Source of the DNA: Octopus sinensis
Taxonomy: Eukaryota
Reading direction: 5' to 3'
DNA: 64,000 nt
Assembly: GCF_006345805.1 (NCBI RefSeq)
Contig: NC_043002.1
Location: 10,168,001-10,232,000, forward strand
Shown: one piece after another, positions 37,830 to 60,837 of the stretch
How positions within the stretch are numbered: the first letter of the stretch is position 1
Layout: every line of letters begins with the position of its first letter
Position numbers and translations under genes: made by a program
Notes under the pieces: generated by a model
Told to the model about the DNA's origin: nothing
The model's database searches: none
The model's input: only the letters and a program-made list of their open reading frames with translations

Positions 37830-38753
37830 AAAATACCGTTAAGAAATATGACGAGAAGAAGGAGAGAGAAAGAGAATTCAATGTGTGACGCAGGTGACTG
37901 ACAGATGGATAGAGAAGATGAAAGAAAGAATGTGATGCATGGGATGAAAACAATGAATTGTAAGTTGCAGATATTATTTGAAATAGCTGAAAGTGTGTTT
38001 TTTTTCAATGTATACACCTGTAAACGCGTTCTTTATAGGTGTTGACCAGTGTGTGTTTGGAGAAAAAGAATAAATAGTTGTTCGTCCCTATAAAGAGTGC
38101 AGAAAGATTTCTTTTTTTCATAGGGAAACGATCTTGACAAAGTGTTGCAGTCCAAAGAAAATTGCTTATTACAGTCTTTGAGATGCCAAATTAGTTTACT
38201 AAGACCTGTAGTATCACGTTTATGAATATATCTAAATATAGAAAGATGGCTGAACAAAAGTTTAAAAAAATTTTTATATTGGCATTTTATCCACAGAATT
38301 TTAAAAAATAAAAAAAGTTTGGCTAACCATCTTTCTACCTTAAAATATATTCTTAAACGTAGCACTACAGGGCTTTGTAAACTAATTTGGCATCTCAAAG
38401 ACAGTAATAAACAATTTTCTTTGGACTGCAACACTTTGTCAAGCTCGTTTCCCTATGATAAAGGGAAATCTTTCTGCTCTCTTTGTAGGAACGGAAAACT
38501 ATTCTTTTTTCAAAACACTCAGTGTTCAACACCTACAAAGAACGCGTTTACAGGTATTTACATTGGAAAAAAAACACACTTTCAGCTATTTGAAATAATA
38601 TTACCTAATAATATCTGCAACTTTCATTTCATTGTTTTCATCCCATACATCCCATTCTTTCTTTCATCTTCTCTATTCATCTGTCACTCACCTGCGTCAC
38701 ACATTGAATTCTCTTTCTCACTCTCTCTTCTCGTCAAATTTCTTAACGGTATT
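37830..38753. mobile_element. Older fold-back PLE relic (C-terminal end of a GIY-YIG ORF)
   Basis: Diverged ~400-bp arms; TTGLSKLIWHLKD...PY...FCSLC resembles the PLE ORF C-terminus. Confidence 0.65.
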
Positions 38754-40943
38754 TAAGTTGAGTCTAATGTCAAGGAAATTAACCTTTGTTCTACCATCGT
38801 CAAAGGTAATACTTCGGCCCATATTAATAAAGAATTTAATTAGATTATTTTTAACATTTTGTGATATTTATTACGATATTTTGGAGGTAAAGAAGACAAT
38901 ATCACTATAATATCACCGAGGAAATATGGGAATTGATCATCCATTTCGGACAGAATATAAGTACTGACCAGATTAGAAATTTGAGCTCAGTCGCCAGACC
39001 CCATTGCTATATCTAAGCAGTCAGATTGATCTTCACGAATCCAAAATTTATTATCAAATTTGATAATACATTTTCTAGTTGGTAAAACAACGTGAATTTC
39101 ATTCCGGACGAGGCCGGATTTATAATGTGGAAAACATAAGGAATAATAACTACAAACAGCGAACTGGATAAATTTAGTGTTTAAGTTTTATTCAACTAGT
39201 CTACAACCTGGAATAAATTAGGCCATAAATTAACTTTAAATTTCCATGTGAAGAGACAGGGAAATTTATTGGTATAATGGGTGAAGAAGAAGGCAAGTAT
39301 TAGGAGAAGGATGATGTAGGCAGCCCGATTGGAGTGAGCGCAGGTTGGAAGCTAGGATCGGCGTGCAGAGATACCAGATTTAGTAGAGCAAGATGGAGCT
39401 GTGAGTGATCAAGTTATTGGAAGAATTAGAGTGGAGAATTGCGGGATAAATGGAAGGGCTAGGGTGGATGGGTTGAATGGTTGATGTTGTAGATTTTGAG
39501 AACAGATGTTACCAGTCATACATACGCACGTACACACACACACGCGCGCGCACACACATACTTGTGTGTGTATATATATTTCAACTAAGTGTTCTAAACT
39601 AGAATTTCAAAGTTCCAATCTTCGTTTTTCGAAAGAAAAGAAACAGGAAACATTTAATAAAACCCTTCAAAGAAGGAAATAAAAAGCAAGATTGCAACTA
39701 GTCGAGTAAGCAAATAAAATTTTAAATATGTTGAATAGATTAACAGATTTCAAATCAGCTAATTCAAAAACAAAAACACCAAAATCAAATGAATATTTAT
39801 ATTTTAAATTAAAAGATACAGAGATAATTGATTTTCAAAGGCATGATAATGCTAAGACAATAGTACAAACACGATAAACTATCCAATTCGTTACCGGACA
39901 ACCATGTCTTACCATTATCATGCGTTTGAGAATAAATTATTTATGTTTCTTTCGATACATCTCAACGCTTCTAAAGCAAACTTTGTTTCTTTAATTTCAT
40001 CGTAAGTTGAATTATAATTAAATTATATTTGTCATAGTTAGGTTAGAAAAGGTTAAGGTGTACCACATACTCTGGTATTCTAAAACATTACTCCATTATC
40101 AAAGAACGAAAAGGATATGAGAAATAAAAGGATGGAAAATGAATAACAGCTTGTACAATGAGAACTTGTTCACCAATAATCAGAGCTCAGAAATTTCCAT
40201 TCCGAAAATAAGAATGAAGTATATAATATAATAAGTACGAAGCAGTTTGAAAGAAAATAAAACATAAAGAAGATTGGAAATGAAAGCTATACAATGTGAG
40301 AATGTACAAGGCTTTTCATTGAACGTTTTTCAATGACAGTCGCCATTTATCTCTGTATTTTCAAAATTTATGGAGTACTTATTGTGTTTTATATATGCAG
40401 ATTACAAGTTCTTTATCCAACCTGCTCTTTGTTGGTGGCAATAAAAGTTTACTCCTTAACATAAAGATGACATATACGCTCATTTCTCTTGTTACTATAT
40501 TGTAATAATGAATATACATAAGAAAGTTATGCACCAAGTTATATGTAACATGCTGTCACAAGAAACTTTTCATCTCCAGATATAAGTGGAAAGACCAGTA
40601 GAATATTTACTGTTCGACTTCAATAACGATTTTTCGTTTGAGTAAACTTATGACTTCAATTTATAAGCAAATACTTCTATCTTCGCTCTTAGAGAACCAC
40701 AACATAATGATACATTGGCACTGTGTAAAAATAAACTGGCAAAGCTGCCCTACTAAGTCATGAGCGTTTGTAAAGTTGTGTGTATATCAGGCCAGGATAT
40801 TGTTTCATTTATTTGATTTTTGATTACAAATGCATCTGATCATGCTCTTTTGTGTTTTCGTTTTTCGAATATCGTAAATTATATTCTTTTTGATTTTCCA
40901 ATATCTTCTGGATAACATTCACCTATTATATAATAGATTTCTC

Positions 40944-41084
<141 letters not shown>

Positions 41085-43746
41085 ATGTATGTGTGTGTGC
41101 GTGGTGTGTGCGTTTATGTGTGTGTGTTTGTATGTGTGTGTGTACAGCGGCATCTTAAAGCATTATACAAGTGGGCTGTCGAAGACAATATGCAACTTAA
41201 CGTTGCAAAATTTAAAATGCACAACAGATTGGATATTCAGGACCCGAGAGTATCACAGATAATTAGCCAAGATATCAACAGTGTAATGACAGTTGGCAGG
41301 ATGGATACTAAGGTCCATCAGGACGATACACTTAGATAATCGTCGGCTCCACGGAACAAATGTTCTCAGCCTCCCGCACTATATTAGCGGCGGATCTATC
41401 AGGTTCTACAGTAGAATAGTACATGATTATTATTTATTGTTAGTATGATGTTAGAGGCGATGAAAGTTCTGCACAAGATAATATGTTGAGGAATGAGTTC
41501 GTTCAAATCCCTTCCGTCAATATCCTTGAGATCGCTGAAGAACTTCCCATAGTTTTGGTGGCGAAATTCTCAGTGAAGAATGTCCCTGTCCAATATTCGT
41601 TTACAATTTTTAAATTAGGTAACAACGAAAGATGAGGAAGATTTCGTCATCTTTGTGGGGGTTGCAAACAGAGAATGAGAAACATTTAAACAAAATGCAT
41701 TAAGCCCGGACATGTTCAAAGCTAACTGCATGTAACGATGCAAATGTAGATACCTGCATATTAACAAAATTTGAAGAGGACCAAAAATTAAATCTACAGG
41801 CAGTAGCAGAGGAATGCTATAGTATCATATATATGACATGACGCGGATAAAATTGAAGAAAAAGATTAGTCTCATATTTATGCGTGTCGAACATTTAATA
41901 GATCAACGGATAAGAGAGCGTCTCTTCGATTGTTGGCATAGGAATAACAAATTTTCGGAAACTGATTTTTTTGATTACCCAATTTTCGTCAGCAGCTCTT
42001 CGATTGTTTATGTAGATTTTCATGCTGAATTGCAGAAGCTGGTTTTTCCAACTCAAGATTTTTATTGTTGCTGAATGTGGTTGCTGTTGGCGGTTGTATT
42101 TTAATTGGTAGATTTTTGTAATGTCATTTGCCTCTCCCGATGAGTGCTTTTTCTCTCTTTGAAGCCTGTTTCTATTATTGCTTGAGACTTTCATACAAAT
42201 AATTGAGAAAAATCGCTACTCCTCCTATATTTTAACCAGAGCGATTTCCACGAGTGATGATAATTTTTTAAATTTTCACCTCGGTATCAATGTGATTGGC
42301 GTTTACTTGGGTTACACTGAGGATGAAGAAAGAGATAAAGTACATCATTTCAGCAATCCAGCTCACTTTGTCTGGAATCTTGTAATTGTGAGCATTGAAT
42401 GGTGAGGTGTAATTATGTTCCAATAGATGGGAAGGCCGAGTACTTCAGTGAATCACTCATTCATAATGCCATGTTCCATTTGCTAGAATTACAAACAGTA
42501 TTCATGGAAAATACCTCCCTACTGTCTTAATTAAATAATACAATGCATTATATGCCCCCAGATGGAATTTGCTAATTAGGGCTTCGTCCCCATCGCCATG
42601 TTACTTTGTATTCTTTTGGCCCAATTTTCTTACATTTCCTGCGTTATTTGCCGCGTTATATATCGGTCATCAATTGCGGCAATCTGGCAAAAACCTTAGC
42701 ACGCCGAGCGAAACGCTTGGCGATGTTTCGTCTGTCTTTACATTCTGATTTCCAATTCCGCCAAGGTCGACTTTGCATTTCGTCCTTTCGGGGTCGCTAA
42801 ATTAAGTACCAGTTGCCTACTCGGGTCGATCTAATCGACTGGCCACCTCCCCCATACTTTCGTCCCTTGTGCCTATAGTAAAAAATTATATATCGGTCAC
42901 GAATTACTGCTAAACGCTAATAGCTAAACTATCAATGAATGTTTCATTGTAAACATTAAAACCTATTTGTATCATAACTATAAATCAGAAATTCCTGTAG
43001 AGAATGCATGTTTACTGTTTCCATATACCACATGTGGCAGCTAAACTCATACTCTGAATAAGTTCTGCAACACTAGTTAATTACAGTTGGCCAAATAATT
43101 AGAATTTCGAGGTAAGTTACATGTCTAGCAGCAAATTTAGAATTGAGTTATTTTCATTTTGTTTATGAAATGTGACGCAAAAACCTATTCTAATTAATCC
43201 CTAGACAGATGGCTCTAACATTAATTACCTTTCGTTTTGAATATAAACATCTTTTAATTATTTTACACTTTCATCACATCAATAATATCGAATCTATTTC
43301 GAGTAAAATTCCACTCGAAGGCCTAAGTGGAATACATTTTTCAAATAATTATTATTGTTGTCTAATTTACATGAGCGATTAACAAAAAGAACTATGATCA
43401 AAATATATTCTATTCGTGGAAGACATCTATTTTTTTCAGTCATAATCTTTCCCTCTTGTGTAATGAGTTATGAAATAACGTACGTTATTGGGAAGATTTG
43501 GTTGATATTTCTAGCAACAACATTAAAACTTTTAGGCCCCCCACTTAGAATGTTATGTGAATTTTGTGCGCTTCTTCTTCGTTGTTGCGGTTGTACCAAA
43601 AATAATCATCACACTGAAAATTCATGTCTTTGAAAATAGTTCTTTTTTCGTTAGAAACATGCGCAACTCATGCATTTCTTTTATGACTTTTCCCGACAGA
43701 GATTGAACCAGGGATTCGCTTCTTTTCATTTATTTATTCATTTGTA

Positions 43747-44161
43747 AGGCGACGAGCTGGCAGAATCGTTAGCACGCCGGACGAAATGCTTAGCGGTATT
43801 ACGTCTGTCGTTACGTTGTGAGTTCAAATTCCGCCGAGGTCGACTTTGCCTTTCATCCTTTCGGGGTCGATAAATTAAGTACCAGTTACGCACTGGGGTC
43901 GATGTAATCGACTCAATACCTATGTCTGTCCTTGTTTGTCCCTTCTGCGTTTAGCCCCTTATGGGTAGTAAAGAAATAGGTATTTCGTCCGCCACTACGT
44001 TTTGAGTTGAATTTCCGCCGAGGTCGTGTTTGCCTTTCATCCTTTCTGGGTCGATTAAAACAAGTACCAGTTACGCACTGGGGTCGATATATTCGACTTA
44101 ATCCGTTTGTCTGCCCTTGTTTGTCCCCTCTGTGTTTAACCCCTTGTGGGCATTAAAGACA
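43747..44161 (+). mobile_element. Dimeric OK-like SINE with a 17-bp TSD
   Basis: TSD ttatttattcatttgta at 43730-43746 and 44162-44178; empty site near 12900 in unit A. Confidence 0.9.
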
Positions 44162-45209
44162 TTATTTATTCATTTGTACTGAAAAGGAACAGGCCACTAT
44201 TGAAAACTGCCGCATGAGAGAACAGAGCTGTACATGCAATTTGTCGACATATAACTGGGAACGCTGTATCTGATTCATGCTGGTTCGAATCACCTTGTCG
44301 TCATTATGTTTTGTTTATATACATTATAATTGGAATTTCCGAATTCATTGTTATTAATTATTTACGCAAAATAATAATATTTCAATAAAATTAATTTTAT
44401 TGGTTGAAATGTGAATATTTTTGTCGCACGACTACAGACTAGTTACTGGTACTTAAATTACTTTGCTACGTATATAATGCTTTTCATATGTATTTCTTTA
44501 CTACCCACAAGGGGCTATACACAGAGGGGACAAACAAGGACAGACAAAGGGATTAAGTCGATTACATCGACCCCAGTGCGTAACTGGTACTTAATTTATC
44601 GACCCTGAAAGGATGAAAGGCAAAGTCGACCTCGGCGGAATTTGAACTCGGAACGTAACGGCAGACGAAATACAGCTACGAATTTCGCCCGGCGTGCTAA
44701 CGTTTCTACCAGCTCGCCGCCTTTTCATATGCTTTTCAATGCTTTTCATATGAATATGAGTTTGTGCTTATCGATGTATACATATGTCCTGGCACTCCGT
44801 CGGTTACGACGACGAGGCTTCATTTGATCCAATCAATGGAACAGCCTGCTCGTGAAATTAACGTGCAAGTGGCTGAGCACTCTACAGACACGTGTACCTC
44901 GGGGAGATTCAGCGTGACACAGAGTGTGACAAGTTTGGCCCTTTGAAATACAAGTACAACAGAAACAGGAAGAAAGTATGAGAGAAATTTGTGATGTGAG
45001 TACAGCAGGGTTCACCACTGCCACCTGCCGGAGCCTCATGTAGCTTTGAGGTCTTTTCGCTCAATAAACACTCACGACTCTCGGTCTGAGAATCGAAACT
45101 GCGATTCTACGACCGCTAGTCCGCTGCCCTAACCACTGGACTATTGCGCCTCCACCATACATACGTATATGAGTGTGTCTATATATTCATCATTCTATAC
45201 ATATACTTG

Positions 45210-45570
45210 GGATCTTTTCCTTTTGAACGGCAGTTTGTAACATAATTTCTAGGTAACTACAAAGTTTTAAACTTCGTATACCGGTAAAATGTGTTTATAA
45301 CACATCATTTTCTCTTGGCTTTATTGAGAAAATTCTATAGGTTGTAACATATTTCGTCCTTAATTTCTTGCATTTCGGCAATTTTAACCAATCACTGGCG
45401 TCCATTTAGGTAAACAACATTCTGTGTCGCATGAATATGTCCCTCCTTTAACCCTAACCCTAACCCTAAAACAGATTGAAATGCAATAGATCGATACTAG
45501 GGTCATAATTATGGGTGACAATTTAATATGACACCGCTAGAAAAAACTGCCGTTCAAACCGAAAAGATCC
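45210..45570. mobile_element. MITE with ~27-bp TIRs
   Basis: ggatcttttccttttgaacggcagttt / aaactgccgttcaaaccgaaaagatcc; internal (TAACCC)3; absent from unit A. Confidence 0.75.
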
Positions 45571-46516
45571 TTTCTTTGTCTTTCTTGTCTAGAGAGTTGT
45601 ATTATGTTTTGTTATATTTTATGGATACATTTACTGTACTTGTGCTCGGCTCACTTCTGGCATACACTTCGTTCAATGAAACATTAAAATTTCATTACCT
45701 TCTGAAGCGAATTACGCTGTCGATAGAATAAGCAGCATCTGAATGCTGGGATCGATACGATCAAATAATCCCCTTTCTAAAAGTTTCTTCAATTGTATGT
45801 TTACAAGAAAGGATTATCAATATTTGTTTTGTATTGCGGATTCAGTTACTATGTTTTTCAGTTGCTTGTAACAGGCTGTCATGGTTATATAAAGTCGAAG
45901 GTTTTGTATTATTTCCATTATATATTCTACTGTGAATTGTACTTTTGAACCAATGGGATTGCGTGTGAGCAGGTCGCCATTAATGCGACGAAAATTTTGA
46001 TAATAAATAATAAATGTTTAATTAAAGTCAAGAGCCTTTGTGTGTTTTTGAATGGCTAACATATGACTTCCAGGTGATGTTGATTTAGTTAAGGCACGCT
46101 GTTTCATGTCAGATCCCTTTCGCAAATATGTCTCCAATGTTCCATTTCAAGTTTGGGAATATTGTCATTGGCTATACAGGATTTCATATTAATTATTAAG
46201 CAAAGTTGACATTCTGTTCTTTATTCTGGAACACGCGGCTCTAAAGAAAGTATTTCATGTGCATCAGTATATGGTACTCAGCGTTATAACTTCTCTCAGC
46301 ATCAATATAATATCCCAGTATTCCAGGTAGGGCACTGTGACATACATTTATTTCAGTATTTTACAGGTAGGAATCGAGTCGGCCATTGAATAACGAGAGA
46401 CAAAGTATATGCAGGAGGCGGTCTCCAGCCTCATATTTGTATGTTAATATTGTTTAAATGATCGGATTTACGTAGGAATTACTTTAGGAAAAATATTAAA
46501 GAAATGCGGAATATAA

Positions 46517-46935
46517 GGTGCAGGAGTGGCTGTGTGGTAAGTAGCTTGCTAACCAATCACATGGTTCCGGGTTCAGTCCCACTGCGTGGCATCTTGGGTA
46601 AGTGTCTTCTGCTATAGCCTCGGGCCGACCAAAGCCTTGTGAGTGGATTTGGTAGACGGAAACTGAAAGAAGCCTGTCGTATATATGTATATATATATAT
46701 ATGTATGGGTGTGTATATGTTTGTGTGTCTGTGTTTGTCCCTCTAGCATTGCATGACAACCGATGCTGGTGTGTTTACGTCCCCGTCACTAAGCGGTTCG
46801 GCAAAAGAGACCGATAGAATAAGTACTGGGCTTACAAAGAATAAGTCCCGGGGTCGATTTGCTCGACTAAAGGTGGTGCTCCAGCATGGCCGCAGTCAAA
46901 TGACTGAAACAAGTAAAAGAGAAAAGAGAAAGAGA
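46517..46935 (+). mobile_element. OR-like (CORE-type) tRNA-derived SINE (minus copies: 21150-21550, 25648-25985, 49020-49388, 52480-52657, 53735-53890, 54065-54475)
   Basis: tRNA-like head (tggctgtgtggtaag...ggttcagtccc), CORE-like cttgggtaagtgtcttc, internal microsatellite, ctcttttact-type tail. Confidence 0.8.
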
Positions 46936-46971
46936 TAATGAGACATTTTATTTGTGCTTCTTTACTAACAG

Positions 46972-54775
<7,804 letters not shown>

Positions 54776-55049
54776 CAGAAAATTCCATATACAGTACACT
54801 TTAATGTCTATAGTACTAACAGAATAAATATCAATAAAATATGATGAGGTATGGAAATAGGTGTTATATATAGACTACAAATATTGAGTTACATTTTCAT
54901 GCTGTAATACATGTACAGTTTTGTGTTTAATTGTGAAAGCTCGCTTTATTTGTTTTTATAGGTTGCACATATTAGCATAGATGGGCAGCTATTTACACAT
55001 AAGCTATTAGATACGCGCACATACATATTCGTCTCCCTATATATTTATA

Positions 55050-55354
55050 GGCGGCGAGCTGGCAGACACGTTAGCGCGCCGGGCGGAATGCTTAGCAGTA
55101 TTTCGTCTGTCGTTACGTTCTGAGTTCAAATTCCGCCGAGGTCGACTTTGCCTTTTATCCTTTCGGGGTCGATAAATAAAAGTACCAGTTTCGCACTGGG
55201 GTCGATGTAATCGACTTAATCCGTTTGTTTGTCCTTGTTTGTCCTCTCTATGTTTAGCCCCTTGTGGGCAATAAAGAAATATATATATTTATATGTATGT
55301 TTGTGTGTAAAAGTATCTGTGTTTAAATATATTTCTATGAACATATATAAGTAC

Positions 55355-55392
<38 letters not shown>

Positions 55393-55605
55393 CTTTACTA
55401 CCCACAAGGGGCTAAACACAGAGGGGACAAACAAGGACAGACAAAGGTATTAAGTCGATTACATCGACCCCAGTGCGTAACTGGTACTTAATTTACGACC
55501 CCGAAAGGATGAAGGCAAAGTCGACCTCGGCGGAATTTGAACCCGGAACGTAACGACAGACGAAATACGGCTACGCATTTCGCCCGGCGTGCTAACGTTT
55601 CTGCT
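55050..55605. mobile_element. Inverted pair of OK-like SINEs
   Basis: + copy 55050-55280 and - copy 55390-55605. Confidence 0.85.
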
Positions 55606-55663
55606 ATATATATATATATATAATTATATATATATATATATATAATATATATATATTATATAT

Positions 55664-55716
<53 letters not shown>

Positions 55717-56010
55717 CCTTCTCGAGCCATACCTGGCTCATGAGGGCCGGTTTCCTTGGCGTATAGGTTCCCCACCTGGACGGGACGTCGGTCCATCGCA
55801 GGTGAGCTGCAAAATGCAGGAGGAAAGAGTGAAAGAAAGTTGTGGCAAAAGAGTCCTTTGCTCTAAACACTAAGTCATGTGCCTCCACACACACACACAC
55901 ACACACATATATATACATATATTTAGATATATACACATATATATATATATGTACACATAGGTATTCATATGTATATATACATAGTCAGACATAAATATAT
56001 ATATGTATGA

Positions 56011-56042
<32 letters not shown>

Positions 56043-56205
56043 ACACATATACATATACATATACATATACATGCACAGACATTCATACCATGCTCACACA
56101 AATTATATATATACATGATTAACCTCGTGAGCAAAATTTAAAATTTTGCTGTAATAATTACTACTATATTCTTTAGACTGTACTTCCCTCTAATATGTTT
56201 TATTG

Positions 56206-56243
<38 letters not shown>

Positions 56244-56255
56244 TATATAGATATA

Positions 56256-56291
<36 letters not shown>

Positions 56292-56499
56292 TGTATGTAT
56301 GTATGTATGTATATGTATATATATATTTATAAAAAGTGTAGGTGGCATACGAGACTTTGGGTCTCCCTACTCAAGGGACACCCAAAAATGAACTGAATCC
56401 TCCAAAGGTACACTATTATAAAAAGTAAACGGTTACCAAAATATTTAACGAAGATTTTAACCCAGGCTAAAATGTGCCCAATAACAACCTCAAAATCAA

Positions 56500-56800
56500 C
56501 AGTTAAAATGCTAGAAAATCCCAACTGCGGAATCTGTGTCATCTTATTAGAAGGTTCGAAATACACATTATAACAAGGCCATCATTTAACTATCAGATCA
56601 ACCATTACCTGTGAATCGGAAAACTTAATTTACGTGATAAAGTGCGCAGGATGCAATAGGCAATATATTAGGAATACAACAAAAAAAAAAAACCTACAAT
56701 AAAGGATGCTCAGTATGTAAATCCCAAATTACGAATCCTGAATACAGGAAAATACCTGTCATCGGTCTCACAGACAGATGTGCATCGAATAAAAATCCAA
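56500..56800 (+). mobile_element. Decayed PLE GIY-YIG fragment
   Basis: CGICVILLEGS...TCESENLIYVIKCAGCNRQYI aligns with ORF 33356-33808. Confidence 0.75.
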
Positions 56801-59800
56801 AATTTACACCCCCCCCAATCCAATATTTACTTTTCCGAAAAAATCTAAAATTTACAACTTTATTTTTATTAATTAATTTGCAAAGTAAAATTATGTTAAC
56901 GCTTTTTAGTCAAACAACTTTAATCATCATAGAGTTATATAGAATGTAGATAGAGTAATAAATGTCTAGAATGCCGACCTGATGATTGGGAGTACGTCGA
57001 TCTAATTGAGTATAGAAACTAGGGACCTTATATCTTAAAAATACCGACATGCTGTCATGAAACACGTGTTGTCTTTAAAATGGAAAGCATGGAATTCTAA
57101 ATAGATATAGTATCATATTTAATATTTTATGGCTCGGTCGGATATAATATTTTTCAATGTTGATTGAGTTGAGGGTGGTTCTGTCTCTAAAACTACTTTT
57201 GCATATATATACATGTACAGTCAACTGGTAGAGTCAAGAGACGCCTCATTGCAGAAGATACGTCATTTTGCTCAAAGGAAAGGGCCTACCATTACAAGGT
57301 CCACATAAAGGGTGCTATAAATGAAAACAAACTGAGTTCATATAAAGATAGGGCTACATATAAATTCGATTAATCTTGGTAAATTTATAAATATACGTAC
57401 AGAAACGCACGCACACAAACATACATGCGCACACATACACACTCAAACGTACACACACGCACACATACATACGCATATCTATACATACGGATATAAAATA
57501 TAAAGAGTGTAAGTATAAGATGAAAACAATCAGTTCCAGTATTGAGATTCATACAGCGATGCTAGTCTCGCAGCATTTATCATACGAAAAGAATTCATTC
57601 TATTGTATAATAAAAAAATAAATAATAAATCATTTTTGATGCCTGTATTAATATATATTGCATAATTCGGTTGTAAAATGTACAGAGCAATACAGGTATA
57701 AAGGCTTGCTCATCAGGTCAATCAATACCAGTCTCGCTTTTCTTTCATCCATTCGGTTCATGCACAGAAAAAAGTAGAGAATCGACAAGGTAGATTCTAC
57801 ATTCCAACAGTCACATATGGAAGACAATAAGCAATAAAATAAATGAAACGCTTCGCAATGGAAGGGAGGAGGGAGATTTAACAAGGTATTGAAAAGTGAG
57901 CAGTGGATTACTGTGGTGGGAGACAGTATGGGATGTATGTGTTTATGTTTGTGTTCGCGTGCACGTGCGTGTGTTTTCTTGCGTGTGCGTGCGTGTGCCT
58001 GAGTGTGAGTGTGTATATACAAATATATATATACTAGCTTAAGGTGACCCGCTCTACGCGCGGGTAAGAGTGTGGTTGTTACTTTCTGTTGCTTCCTTTC
58101 TGTTTTTTATCACCACATTCTCCCTCCTTGTTTCTCTATCCTTTCAGACAGCGAAACACTAACATTTAAAAGGGACAAACTTTGAAGGGATAGAATCTGA
58201 GGAGAGTAGAGTCACCATGGCTGGCAGTTCTTAACGACGGACAGCAACGTAGTGGTAGTTTAACGGCTGGCTTAAAATTTTGAACTTGATGTAAAAGAAC
58301 ATTCCTAAGCATTAAGTTTTGAAGTGATTCTTTCTCACGACAGTATACTCACCAAGACAAGCATTCAAAACTTCTTCATGTACGGCAACACATTGAAGAT
58401 TTAAAGGCTGGCGCAAATGTTTTAGCTTGATGTAACTGAGAATTTCTAAACACCCGCTCCTGTAAACTTTAATCCCCTTCCAGCCCCATTTAGACCCCTT
58501 TTCACATTTTGGTTAATATAACACGATCTCATTCGGGTCTACTCTGGCCACATTTTATAAGATGAGGAATTTTGTCCTGAAGGTCACGCCTTTCATTTGA
58601 GGAAAAAATAGTTGCCATGCAAACTTGCCAGCACTTTTAACATAGGTGTGCATATTTTCAGCTCAACCGACCACATAATGCACACATTATATATATATAT
58701 ATATATATATAATATTATTAGAGACAAAACCACTATTTTGCAAAACAAACAAGGAAAGACTTAATCAATACATAAAATTTTAATAAAAAGTCAATATATA
58801 TATATACGCATTATATATATATATATGTGTGTGTGTACGCATTATATATACAAATGTATACAAATTATATATATATATACAGTTATCTAAACTTTGTATA
58901 TATACATTACATATACATATTTATATATAGAACACACACACACACACATATAAATTAACCCAATAGATATCTGATTCATAATATGTGTTCTCATGGTTGT
59001 GTGGTGGCTGTGGCGATAATAAAACTCTCTATAAATGCAGACAGACATACAGAGAGACAGAGAGAGAGTGAGAGAGAGGGGGAGGCGGTGGGGGAAAGAG
59101 GGAAAGCCTGGCGAAGGCGGTGGGGGGAAGATAGTAGTATCTGTCAAACGTCGTTATAGAGAGAAAGTGATGGCAAGGGAGGAAACAGAGAGAGACGGAG
59201 GAAGACATGAAGATAAGAGAATGAGAGGAGACTTGTCAAAGTGTGCGTTTTTTGCCCTAGTAACGACACCTTTTAAGATAGGGATTTCTAGGCTATCCCA
59301 CTCACATTGTCACCTCATTTTACATGTCCCTGTAATTTTGGAGTCAATCCGACGGGATCTAGTACCCTTTAATCCGTTCCAATGCCAAAACCAGACAAAC
59401 AAACTTTTCGCATTTCAGTCTTATAGATATTGATTACACGAAGTTCAAATCAACCGAATCAAAAATAAATGCATTACAAGACAATGAATAATTCTATCAT
59501 AATTAAATTACATTTCGTTTTTGGATTTGCTTTGCAAGATTCTTTATGTGAGTTCGTGTATTGAAGCATATTTTGTTGTGTCTGGGAAGAGTAAGTTTCT
59601 TTTTGTGCCTTATAATTTAACACACTCACCGGTAAAATTTCCACTTACTTCTTATTTTTATTTTCCAGAAAATGTTCGTTGCGTTTTGCAACCTTTTCAA
59701 GAGTTAAGACTATTCAAAAGGTTGCAAGATGCAATGAAAATTTTAGCAAAATAAAAATAAGAAATAAATGGAAATTTTACCGGTGCGTGTGTTAAATTAT

Positions 59801-60800
59801 AAGGCACAAAAAGAAAATTACTCTTTCCAGACACAACAGAATAGATTACATTTGTCATAGTTATGTTAGAAAAAGTTAAGAAGTACCTTACACTCTGGTA
59901 TTCTAGAATATTACTCCTTTATTAAAGAAAGAAAAAGCAATGAGATATAAAAGAAAGAGAAAATGTTATTACAGCATGCACAGTGAAAACGTGTTTACCA
60001 TTAAACGGAGCCCAACTATTTCCAGTCAGAAAATTAAACGAAAGTATATAACATAACAACAAATACGAAGCGTTCTGAAAGAAAATGAAACATAAGAAAG
60101 AAAATCGAAAATGAAAGCCACATATTGCAAGAGTGCGCAAGTTTTTCTATGACAGTCGTCATTTATCTCTTTTCGAAATTTATGGAGTCGTTGCGTTTTA
60201 AAGATTATAAAGATTATCCAGCATGCTCGTTTTGCTGATCATAAAACTTTACTCGTTAAGGTAAGATGACATATTTGTCCATTTCTCTTGCTACCATATT
60301 GTGGTAATGAATATACAAAAGCTAGTACAAGCCAAGCTATATTAAACATGCTGTCACAAGAGTCCTTTCAATCTCCAGATATATGTGGAAAGGCCAGTAG
60401 AGAATTTATTGTTTCACTTCAATAATGATTATTCGAGTGAACAAAATCATGACTTGAATTCATAAGCAAATACTTCTAACTTCCTTCTTATATAGGACAT
60501 TGAAAACCAGAACTTAATGCTGCATTGGCATTACGCAATAATGAATAGGCAAAGCCGCCCCACTAAGCGGAAACGTGTGTAAGATTATGTATATATAAAG
60601 ATATAAGGATACTGTTTCATTTAATTGGTTTTGTGGTTATAAATGCATCTGATCATGCGATCTATCTGTTTTCATTATTCAAATATCATAATTTATGATT
60701 TTCTTTCTGATGCCCCAGTTATGATTCGACTTCCGATAATACTTTCTTATAACTTTCTGGATTACAGTCACCTATTCACGGAAAAAGATTTATACCCCCC

Positions 60801-60834
<34 letters not shown>

Positions 60835-60837
<3 letters not shown>

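Noticed and set aside
45449-45469. Telomeric (TAACCC)3
   Set aside because: Too short and internal to a MITE; not evidence of a fusion site.
46090-46180. Minus-strand peptide NGTLETYLRK resembling kinase subdomain V
   Set aside because: Surrounded by stops, with no splice sites and no other kinase motifs; frame not preserved in the paralog.
59574-59837. Possible UUGAAAA hammerhead in this fold-back
   Set aside because: The GAAA and stem III portion is degenerate in both arms; counted only as a fold-back.
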